Source: a virus (lineage: Duplodnaviria; Caudoviricetes). From it: a DNA stretch of 64,000 nucleotides. The stretch is taken from positions 1 through 64,000 of IMG/VR virus record IMGVR_UViG_3300028887_003391; one strand, given 5' to 3'. A model generated the notes under the pieces. It was not told the origin of the DNA, did not search any database, and was given only the letters and a program-made list of their open reading frames with translations. Position numbers and translations under genes: made by a program. Shown in pieces: positions 28,108-37,200 of the stretch (its first letter is position 1; each line of letters begins with the position of its first letter).

Positions 28108-28589
28108 TCCTTTGGTGCAGGTAAAATTTCGTCAAACCACGAGAAATCGGAACCGTCGAATGTGTAATTCTCGGTCACGCGCCCATGGAATATCGGGCGG
28201 CCAGACGGATCCGTATTGGCGTCCTTGATGCGGTTCATGAGGATAAACACGAACAGTTCGGGTGTGCGATTGGAAAACCTGTGCAACGACATGGACGCAT
28301 ATACGTCGTCGCAAGTCGAATCTGTAACATCCTTCGGCAAATACTGGCGCAAGTAAAACGTGGCTTTGAGACCCTTGTTAAATTCCAAGAAATCCCGCTT
28401 CGCCTGGGCGTTTGCCGCATCGGTAAGAAGCGGATTATTCTCATACTCGGAGGGCAATCGTTTTTCCCAGTCGAACTTGTCGCCGCGGGCTTTCGCCTTG
28501 CGGAAATAATCAAGGACACGCTGCTTGATTTCTTCGTCAACCGGCGGATGTTTCGTTACACTGTTTTCGGTTTCGAGCGAACTACTCAT
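28104..28589 (-). CDS. hypothetical protein
   Basis: Start MSSSLETE with GGAGG RBS. Confidence 0.65.
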   Translation of the reverse strand: MSSSLETENSVTKHPPVDEEIKQRVLDYFRKAKARGDKFDWEKRLPSEYENNPLLTDAANAQAKRDFLEFNKGLKATFYLRQYLPKDVTDSTCDDVYASMSLHRFSNRTPELFVFILMNRIKDANTDPSGRPIFHGRVTENYTFDGSDFSWFDEILPAPKD

Positions 28590-29394
28590 TGGGTTCCTCC
28601 ACATAGAATGTATCAAAGTCGATGGTCGCGTTGCAATGGCGGGACGCGGACAGTACCATGAAGCCCGGCATCGAAATGCCGTCAAACTCTTTCCTGAACG
28701 GATCAATCTGGCACTGGATGCCCGGCGTGACCGCGGCGACAAATCCGCGGGTCTCGAACCTGGAATCGCAGTGCAGGTGGGATGCGACATAGGTCCCGAT
28801 GTACTGCTCCACATATTCACCCATTTCGGCGGGGAGCATCTTGTCGTTCATGAAACGGTGATAGAGATGTCCCGGGCATACGAACGGACGGTGTGTAAAC
28901 AGCACGGTGTCCTGACGGTTGAACGAACTGTTCGTCACATGCACGAACTTGCCCAGTCGGGCGATGCCTTCCATCGGCATGCCATCGCCACTGTCCAGCA
29001 GGACGACAGTGAGGCTTCCGACATGGATATGGGTGAACTGTTTTCCCGGAACCTTCAAGTTCATCGCTTCGTGAAAGTCTTCCGGGTTGATCGACGAGTA
29101 TGCCTGCGAAAGCGCTTCGCGGTTGTCGTGGTTGCCCGGTGTAACGAACACCCGTCCTTCCGGCTTGCACAGCTTCTTACCCTGCTTCAAAATCTGGTGG
29201 TAAACTTCAAACGGAGCGTCCTCGCTCGCGAGGTCCCCGTTAAACACGACAGCATCGTACCCGGACGGCAAAGTGGAGTGCGCCCGGTTGATTATAGCTT
29301 CAAACTGTGCCTTCGTATTGTATTTCCCGTTGTAGTCAACACCCAAATGAATGTCGCCAAGCACTAAAATGTTGGTATCGTCTTTTCTGACCAT
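28582..29394 (-). CDS. calcineurin-like metallophosphoesterase (CpdA/Icc-like)
   Basis: GDIH, NGDL, PGNHD, LFTH, SHLH; class E variant at 29413-29425. Confidence 0.85.
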   Translation of the reverse strand: MVRKDDTNILVLGDIHLGVDYNGKYNTKAQFEAIINRAHSTLPSGYDAVVFNGDLASEDAPFEVYHQILKQGKKLCKPEGRVFVTPGNHDNREALSQAYSSINPEDFHEAMNLKVPGKQFTHIHVGSLTVVLLDSGDGMPMEGIARLGKFVHVTNSSFNRQDTVLFTHRPFVCPGHLYHRFMNDKMLPAEMGEYVEQYIGTYVASHLHCDSRFETRGFVAAVTPGIQCQIDPFRKEFDGISMPGFMVLSASRHCNATIDFDTFYVEEPNE

Positions 29395-29444
29395 GTTCGG
29401 TTCTCCTGTTTAAAATATACAAAAAACTTACGTGGGCTGCAATG

Positions 29445-30947
29445 TCATACACCAATTTCCTCGCTATCTATCTGGAATATACTCCAGTCCGGGAAATTGC
29501 ACGGCATGTCGCCGAAGTCTATGCTCGGCATGCGGATGAACGCAATCTTCTTCCACTCGGGCGGGCGTTCCATCCATGTGAAGTCGCAGTCCGTGACAAA
29601 GACAAACCCGTCATACCTCGTCCTGCCTTCGCGCACCAGTTCCATGACGCACTCCGGGTGGGTTCCGCCGAACGGTGACGGGACCTGGACCATGCCAATC
29701 TTCCCCTGCACTGGAACGGTACAGCTTTCGTTCCAGAAGCACACGTCCAGGTCGAACACCCGCAGCACCTGGCGCAGGATGTCGATTACCTTCTGGACAT
29801 TGATCTCCATCGACCCCGATACGTCCACTGCAAGCAGGACCCTCGGACGGGAAACCGTCCTGTAGCCGGGCATGTCGTCGTCATAACGGCGGTTCGGGCG
29901 CATCCAGCTCTCTTCCGTATGGGTACTGGCCACGCTCGTAGTGAACCGGCGCAGCGTGTTCTTCACCTTCTTGACCGCATTGTCGAACCGGTGCAGGACA
30001 GCGCCGAGCAGCGACGCCCCCACTATTTTTCGGAGTGAACCCGAGCGTTTAAGCTCGTCAACGATATTTCGGATTTGGGACTCGGTGTCGTCGGTTCCGT
30101 TCCATGCGCCATCAGGCGGCACGTATCTAAAAACGTCCTGGATAATTTCTTCCCGTGACGGCGTGCCGTCACCGTCGCCATGGCAAGCAGACCCGCCAAC
30201 AGCGTTAGCTTCATCCTGTTCTTCCGGTCCATCCGAAGAGTTATCAGGTCCATCAGGATCGCAGGGAGACCCGTCACGCTCGCCAGGTAGTTCACCGTCA
30301 CCATCTCCGCCATCGCTTCCGCCATCAGCTTTATCAGTTTCGCCAGTTTTGCTTTCATCGGGGTCGTCCTTCCTTTCCCGGCTATCGTCGGGAGGTTGCT
30401 GTTTATCGTCCGGCTCGCCGTCCGGGCCATGATTTTCCTTCTCGGCGTCAGCGATGGGTTCGGGGATTGTCTCGTTCTCCTCCATCAGGGCGTCGTAGAT
30501 GGCTTCTATCGTGAAGTTCTCGTTCGGGTAGCTGATGCGATGCCGGGCAAGCACGTTGACATACTTGTCGTATGTCGGCACCAGGCTAGTGATGCTCCCC
30601 GTCTCGCCGTCGGGCGGTATGGCCCGCATCGTAATCGTCCCGGTGACTATGTCGCTCGCCAGCTTGCAGATGGCCATGTCCGGCTTCCTGCGCTTGTCGT
30701 AGTGCCCGAGCAGGAGGCGCAGGCACTCCATGTAGACGAAGCGGGAAGCCATCCGGCAACCCACCTTTTCCAACAGCGCCGGATTATACACGAAGGCCAG
30801 GTGGTCTCCGTCAATCCTTGACTTGTACGCTATGTCAGACCTGTCGTCAATGACAGGATGAATAAGCGACCAGACCCGGAGAAGCCCCGGGTCCCGCATC
30901 GCTAAGGTAGCGACCGCATCTACGAGTATGCTACTTCTTGTCCCCAT
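29445..30947 (-). CDS. DUF2201-like peptidase-like/VWA domain protein
   Basis: SW.RPNRR, AVDVSGSM MIDAS, GGT, FVTD; acidic linker. Confidence 0.8.
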   Translation of the reverse strand: MGTRSSILVDAVATLAMRDPGLLRVWSLIHPVIDDRSDIAYKSRIDGDHLAFVYNPALLEKVGCRMASRFVYMECLRLLLGHYDKRRKPDMAICKLASDIVTGTITMRAIPPDGETGSITSLVPTYDKYVNVLARHRISYPNENFTIEAIYDALMEENETIPEPIADAEKENHGPDGEPDDKQQPPDDSRERKDDPDESKTGETDKADGGSDGGDGDGELPGERDGSPCDPDGPDNSSDGPEEQDEANAVGGSACHGDGDGTPSREEIIQDVFRYVPPDGAWNGTDDTESQIRNIVDELKRSGSLRKIVGASLLGAVLHRFDNAVKKVKNTLRRFTTSVASTHTEESWMRPNRRYDDDMPGYRTVSRPRVLLAVDVSGSMEINVQKVIDILRQVLRVFDLDVCFWNESCTVPVQGKIGMVQVPSPFGGTHPECVMELVREGRTRYDGFVFVTDCDFTWMERPPEWKKIAFIRMPSIDFGDMPCNFPDWSIFQIDSEEIGV

Positions 30948-32070
30948 ATTCGGACAGGAACCGGAGGATTTCCTTTACAGGGTCCTTGCCGGAGTGAAGT
31001 GTCGGCAACTTTTCAGGATGCTTCGCGAGATACATTTCGGCCATGCCGAACTGGTCGGCATTGAGCAGCTTCCTGGTCTCCTCGTCATCGGCGATACGAA
31101 TATCCTCGATGTCGTCGGAGGCACCATACGGGACGGTCTTGATGTGGAGCGGCTTGTGCTGCTCGATGGAATGCTTCAGGACAACCTGCTCGGCGTCGGA
31201 ACTTTCCCTGCTGAGGAACAGGCGGACGAGACACTTGGAGAGGTCGCCGGTCTCCTCGTCGACATATTCCGTGTCGGTGATGTCGATGAAGCGCGGGGAA
31301 ACCGTGTTTTCCACGAACTGCATCTCGTTGCCGTCGTAGATGTAATAGCCGCAATCCGTCCCCACATGGGCGAAGGACAGGTGATACGGGCTACCCGCAT
31401 ACACAATCTTGGAATTGGTCCTGACAATTTCGGACCGGCAGTGGTAGTGGCCGGAAATCGTGAGGCCCACTGCGTCGGTGAACTTGTCCGGCTCGATACC
31501 GCCCGGGGACATCTGCCCCGCTTCCATGAGGGCGCCGAAGATGTCGAAATGCCCGACAATGACCGTGTTCGCACGGGTCGCCGCGGGCTTCGTAGCCAGC
31601 TTTTCGAGCCACTTGCGCACCTCGATCTCCTTCTCCGGGGTGACAATCCACGGGACGAAGAAGAACTGCTTGCCGGCGAGCTTTGCCTTGCCGATCGTAT
31701 CGACGAAGACATGCACATTCGGGAGCAGATCGAGGAACCTGATGGAAGTGCTTTCCGCACTGTTCTCATACGCGAGGTCGTGGTTTCCCGCGATGACATA
31801 GCACTCGATATCCTTCAGCTTGTTCCTGAACAGGTCGATTGCGTATTCGAGGCCGGTAACCGAGATAAACGTGCGCGTGGTAAACAGGTCGCCGCAAAAC
31901 ACGGCCTTCTTGATGCCCTGTTCGTGGAGGTCAGCTACCAACTTGTCGATAAACGCCTCCTGGCCACCCACGACGGCAGAACGGATGGACGCGTTCTCGC
32001 ACTTCGGAGACAGGTGGAGGTCACCAATGATGGCGATTTTCTCGCCGGATGCAGTAATTTCCTTTTCCAT
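30931..32070 (-). CDS. recombination nuclease (T4 gp47/SbcD/Mre11-like)
   Basis: GDLH, CGDLF, AGNHD, VPW, VGHF, SGHYH, Y.GSPY; ATG 7 nt below class E motif at 32077-32089. Confidence 0.9.
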   Translation of the reverse strand: MEKEITASGEKIAIIGDLHLSPKCENASIRSAVVGGQEAFIDKLVADLHEQGIKKAVFCGDLFTTRTFISVTGLEYAIDLFRNKLKDIECYVIAGNHDLAYENSAESTSIRFLDLLPNVHVFVDTIGKAKLAGKQFFFVPWIVTPEKEIEVRKWLEKLATKPAATRANTVIVGHFDIFGALMEAGQMSPGGIEPDKFTDAVGLTISGHYHCRSEIVRTNSKIVYAGSPYHLSFAHVGTDCGYYIYDGNEMQFVENTVSPRFIDITDTEYVDEETGDLSKCLVRLFLSRESSDAEQVVLKHSIEQHKPLHIKTVPYGASDDIEDIRIADDEETRKLLNADQFGMAEMYLAKHPEKLPTLHSGKDPVKEILRFLSEYGDKK

Positions 32071-32143
32071 GCAAGGAAATATAGCAAAAACTTGCAGCAA
32101 GGTGCCCGAAAATATAGTTTTACCCACAAACGGAGGCTTCCCA

Positions 32144-32752
32144 ATGAGTTTTCACATATCGCTATACGCCGAATGGCGCGACAAGGGCACCAATGAATGG
32201 CATCTCGCCGGCAATGGCCCCGTTACCATCGACTTCAAGCACATCATCCTCGGTGACCGCGGGTGCTGGGGCGAAAACGACCGTTTCAACTCGTTTGATG
32301 AACTGAACCCGGCATCGCTATCACCGGAATTGAAGGAATACTACAAGAAAGCTCTTTCGGAAACCCCGCGTTTCGTGCAATTCAGGACAATCGACCTGAT
32401 TGAATACGAGGCCCGCATCAACGACGTGATCGAACGGCGGGTGCAGAAGGCAAGCACGACCCTCGTCGCGCTGGGCATGAACCCGTCGCCGGACGACCTG
32501 TACGAAGGGGAACTCTCCGTTTCCGACGAATGGCGCATCGACGAAGAAGACACTGTCGAGACGGCAAAGGTAAAGCGCGAACAGCAAATGACGTTCCCCG
32601 TGAACAAGGAACTAATCTACGACCTCGTCGCGGGATCCCATGAATATGTCATTGCACTGCAGAACAAGGGCCTGCTTTATGCGATAAAAGAAAGTGTCCC
32701 AGGCGGGTGCGACTGGGACACAAAAGAGGTAAGGCTGGTTGCCGTTTCCTAG
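32144..32752 (+). CDS. hypothetical protein (paralog of 18038-18571)
   Basis: GGAGG RBS; PVNKEL motif. Confidence 0.7.
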   Translation: MSFHISLYAEWRDKGTNEWHLAGNGPVTIDFKHIILGDRGCWGENDRFNSFDELNPASLSPELKEYYKKALSETPRFVQFRTIDLIEYEARINDVIERRVQKASTTLVALGMNPSPDDLYEGELSVSDEWRIDEEDTVETAKVKREQQMTFPVNKELIYDLVAGSHEYVIALQNKGLLYAIKESVPGGCDWDTKEVRLVAVS

Positions 32753-34110
32753 ATCAGTTCGCGGATGGAATAGCGCACAACTCGGGTGCTGTCATCCTTC
32801 CGGTTAGTATAGCCGCCATCGGACGGGAATGGCATATCGTCATCCGGCAATCCAAACATATACCCCAGCGTTCCCGACGTGGTTCCGCTTCCGGGAACCT
32901 TGACGACCGCGTCAATGTGGATGAATTGCGGGTACTGGATTGCCAAATTCAACACGCTATCACCAAGCATGAACTTGGTCTCTTGCAGATCGGAGGTAAA
33001 CTGGATATATGATGAGAAACGAGCAAACTCCGCTGCCAAACTGGCCACATCATACTGGATGTCCATGCTTATCTGATAGTGATGTCCACCCTTGAAATTG
33101 TTAATGGCGTTTGTGTTGGCCACCACTTCAAGCACCGACCTGTCATCGGTCGTCGGGGGGAACAGATGATTATATTCCACGCCATCCTTCACACCATGCC
33201 GATACCCATAATTTGACGTGGTCGGACAGTAATTCAGGTAATCCGCAATGCTCGGTGTTCCCGACTTATCAACAAACCCGGTCACATGTCCCTGTGCGTC
33301 AATCGCCATGTCTGACAGCACGGTTACGTTGTCGTTCTTTCGAAGAACTGTGTAAGTTCCGGCAGTCACTCCGCTATTGCAGTGGACCAGCTTGTCCTTA
33401 CCGCCCTGGTTAGCGATTGCGAGCGGGTTGGTCTCACCGCTCGCCTTGTTCTGCGGTGTGCCGATATTGATGTCAACTTCCTGGTCGGCATCGCCAATGT
33501 TCACGAGCGTGCCACGGCCATCCTTCAATACCATCGTCTGGGGAATTGGAGAGAAATATCCGCTCCCGCCAGCAGTTTCCAGATAGCGATACTGGACTTC
33601 GGACGGAGTGGTTGACCCGTCAACGATAACCCGTTCGTGGCCCTCCGCATCCTTTATAGTAACCTTCCTCGCGACATACACAAACCGGCCTTCCGGCTTC
33701 CTGTGGTCCGAACCCGGAGTAATTACCGGGCACTCGTAATCGGGGCCGCTCCCATCGGTCGGGTGGAACAGGTATTGCGTTTCCGCCCCGCCCGTCCCGG
33801 TCTTGATAGTCATTTCGCCAAGCACCCACTCGTCAACATAGCCAGGAAGCATCGCGTTAGGCACCTTGCCGGACTGGTCCAGCATGGCGACGCGGGAAAA
33901 CGGCAACCGCAGCGTCCCGTGGTCTTCCGGGTCGGTAGCACCGTCCACAGGCTTGCAGTCAAGGGGAATCCACCAGTTGGCGCTCCACGGCTGGTCATTG
34001 TCGGGCCAGTCGTTCTGGAGGCGGTCGATGTTTACGTCCGGGTCTACGTCACCGTTCCTGGCAAACTCGTCAAGTTCAATGATGCGCTTGTTAATTCCTT
34101 TACCTGCCAT
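32749..34110 (-). CDS. virion structural protein (tail/fibre associated)
   Basis: SGVTAGTY...IDAQGHVT fibre-type motif; class L promoter. Confidence 0.65.
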   Translation of the reverse strand: MAGKGINKRIIELDEFARNGDVDPDVNIDRLQNDWPDNDQPWSANWWIPLDCKPVDGATDPEDHGTLRLPFSRVAMLDQSGKVPNAMLPGYVDEWVLGEMTIKTGTGGAETQYLFHPTDGSGPDYECPVITPGSDHRKPEGRFVYVARKVTIKDAEGHERVIVDGSTTPSEVQYRYLETAGGSGYFSPIPQTMVLKDGRGTLVNIGDADQEVDINIGTPQNKASGETNPLAIANQGGKDKLVHCNSGVTAGTYTVLRKNDNVTVLSDMAIDAQGHVTGFVDKSGTPSIADYLNYCPTTSNYGYRHGVKDGVEYNHLFPPTTDDRSVLEVVANTNAINNFKGGHHYQISMDIQYDVASLAAEFARFSSYIQFTSDLQETKFMLGDSVLNLAIQYPQFIHIDAVVKVPGSGTTSGTLGYMFGLPDDDMPFPSDGGYTNRKDDSTRVVRYSIRELI

Positions 34111-34135
34111 TTGGTTACCGTAAGTCTTACATCCG

Positions 34136-34184
34136 TAGTTTATAGTCTGAAACCTTCCTCCGACCCCCTGGCGGATATAAACTA
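34136..34184. promoter_or_regulatory. divergent pair of class L promoters (minus 34136-34144; plus 34176-34184)
   Basis: Two exact TATAAACTA copies facing outward. Confidence 0.75.
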
Positions 34185-34212
34185 GGGACAGTAACTAGAA
34201 TTGACGGAACCA

Positions 34213-37200
34213 ATGGCCAGCATCGATCTGTGGATTGGCGGAAACGCCACTTTTGAAGACCTCCCAAAGGCGGGCGACGCAGTGCTGCGTAGCGGCACCG
34301 ATACCGACGTGTCGGTAGCCTGGCCCAGCGACCGGCTCCCCATGGGTTCCGTACAGCCATACTACGTCTGCATGACGTTCCGCCGGCGCACTACCGGCTC
34401 CATCGGCAGCCGCAAGGCCGCCCTCAAATTCGCCGCGATGCCGGAAAGTATCGACGACGGAAAATTCCTGAAATTCAACTTCGCAATCGCCGCCCACAGC
34501 AACGGCACGCTCCTTGACCGCCCGTTCACCGTAAACGTGTCCATCGACGGCACATACCGCAAGGAACCGTTCACGGTCAATCCCCAGCAGTCGGTAACAA
34601 TCACCCTGCCTGTGGACGACATGGGCGCAACCGCGGAAGGCATCTTCTTCGACATCATCGACGTTCCCGATACGGTCGAACTATATGCGGTGGCCAACGG
34701 GTTCCAGATAGTCGATGCGGCGGAAGACACTGTCACTACCGACTTCAACGCGGAAACCTGGCTCGGCCATTACATCTCCGGGTTCAAGAGCGAATATGAC
34801 GCGGAAAGCGACCGCATCGCCAGCTACGTCAACTGGCCGCAGAGCGACATCATCGTCAAGGACAACGGCAACATCGAGATTAGCCCTATCGGGTTCCCGG
34901 AAGTGAACCAGTCCGGCGTCCCGAACGAGCCGACATGCAGCGACGACTACGACCGCGCAAACAACCCGCCGTTCGTCAAGCAGTCATACGGCGTCAAGTA
35001 CGAAAACACGCAGGCGGACATCGTGTTCCGCCAGACAGTCCGTTACTCGGACGGCAAGTTCCGCATCCCGGTGGAAAGCATCGACAAGGTGGACGACAAG
35101 CTGATGTTCACCCTTCTCGGCGATTTCAGCGCAACCGCGCCCGCCATAGACCGCCTCACCCCGGTCGCAGCGCCCGGTTCCGACATCGAAGGAACCGCCC
35201 TGCAAGTAACCGTGGCGGAAGTCGAGCAGGTCGCCTACGACGCGACTACCGATACCACGACCTTCCTCATCGACATCCCCGCCGGATGCACGGTGACGCA
35301 TGTTGGCCGCGACACGGTCGATGTCGAAATAGGTGTCGGCGACGATACAGTCGTGTCGCTCACCGCACAGAACACCGGAAACGGCGTTTACTCGCTCACG
35401 AAGGACGCAGACACCGATACATACAGCTTTATCCGAATCTCCGACATGCCGCAGGACATTATCGACGGGACGATGCAGGACCAGTATGTCGAAATTGACG
35501 ACATGTCCAACCCCGAGCATAACCCGTTTGCCGATCCGCGAGTGGACGACAACGTCTGGGCATGCAACGGCGTGAAGAACATCCCGCACTTCCGCAAGGG
35601 TTACAGCGACAAGGAAGTGTTCGGGTTCGTCCAGGACAGCACGGAAGGAATTTCCAAGAACGCATACAGCACGGAACGCGATGCCGGCGCCTTCGTGAAC
35701 TGGTTCCTCTATCCGGGCTCCACCCCGTTCACCAACGCCAAGGGTTCCGTGGTGAACATCGAGAACTTCGGCCTCGGCGGCTACTACACCGGAGAAACCG
35801 GCGCAGCGGTTACCGCGGAGATGGACGACGGCACCCCCGCATACGAGCAGGAACCCAGCCACCCGGTAATCCACTGGGGCTACGGCTCCAACAGCGACGC
35901 CAAGGTGGACATGACCAACGAGCCCGCCCTCCCGAGGGACTGGCCGTTTACCGGCGCGTCAAAATACGACCCATCGGACAACCCGAAGGGCGTGTTCAGC
36001 GACGTTAAAAGCAACAACAGTATTACGTTATTGCGCGAGGGAGCACATATACCGGGTGACGCATACCCGGTAGGCAACCTCGACTACGAAGAAGACGACG
36101 GGGAAGGCAATATCGACCGGTACGAGTGCAACCGCCATGTGGTCACCATCTATAACGAGCTCAAGCCGAAAGACGACAATGCACCGATCATCGTTAAACC
36201 GACCTTCATCCACATCCCAGCCCCGCTCTCCACGAAGGATGGCGACACTTGCGAGATTGAAGTCGCACTTGAAAACCTCAGTTTTGAACAGGCATTCAGA
36301 CGAGGAAATGTCCAGGACCTCAGTGGCTACTATGCGCTCATCACCCAGCCGCGCGTTTACGTGTGCGGCGGATTCCAGGAATTTTCGACCACCCGCTACC
36401 CGATTACTGACCTCAACATCGGTTCTGGTTCGTTCACCTTCAAGACCACGGAAGCAATCCGCGACCTGAACGGGGAGCCGATTGTCCACAACCCGGACAA
36501 GGAAGGCGACCACGACAGCGTGACCGGCGTCTCCCTCCCGGTACGCATTCACCTGACCAACTCTGCGATGGAACCGGCTGAAGCATGGGTAGATGGCATA
36601 GCCACGGCAGAAACTTACCCGAGCGACGAAGACCCGGCCCCGACCACGATTACGGTCAACGGGGACTTCCCGTGGAGCGTTTCCGACCGTCGGTTCGACA
36701 TCGGCAACGTAGCCGTATGTGGCGTCGTGTTTGTCCGTCTCAACCAGGAAGTTGACTGCAATAACCCATCCACATTAAATACCGGCATTCGCACGAGAAC
36801 CCCGGAATTGCTGGCAGACGATGCTGGCAATGGCGAAGAGGGTACGCTCCAACAATACAACCGTCTCTTCTCCCTCTCCGACGATTCGACCGACACTACC
36901 CGAACACATTTCCCTGGAGGTGACAAGCGTTACCTTCTCGCCACAGTATTCCAGGGCGCAACCAATACGTTCCAGTGGAAACTCAGCGGAAGAAAGCGCC
37001 TCAATTCCATCGCGGAAGCAATGACAATGTGGGCCGATGAAGGCACTGACTCCATCACGGACCGCGCATGGCGAGCCAACTATGACCTCATCCACCACCC
37101 GGCAAACCCCGGTGACTTCGATGATTTCTCCCGTATTACCCACAAGGACGGCGTTCTCGCTTTCGGTGTGGACGATGTCCCACTCACCTACGCAGCAGGC

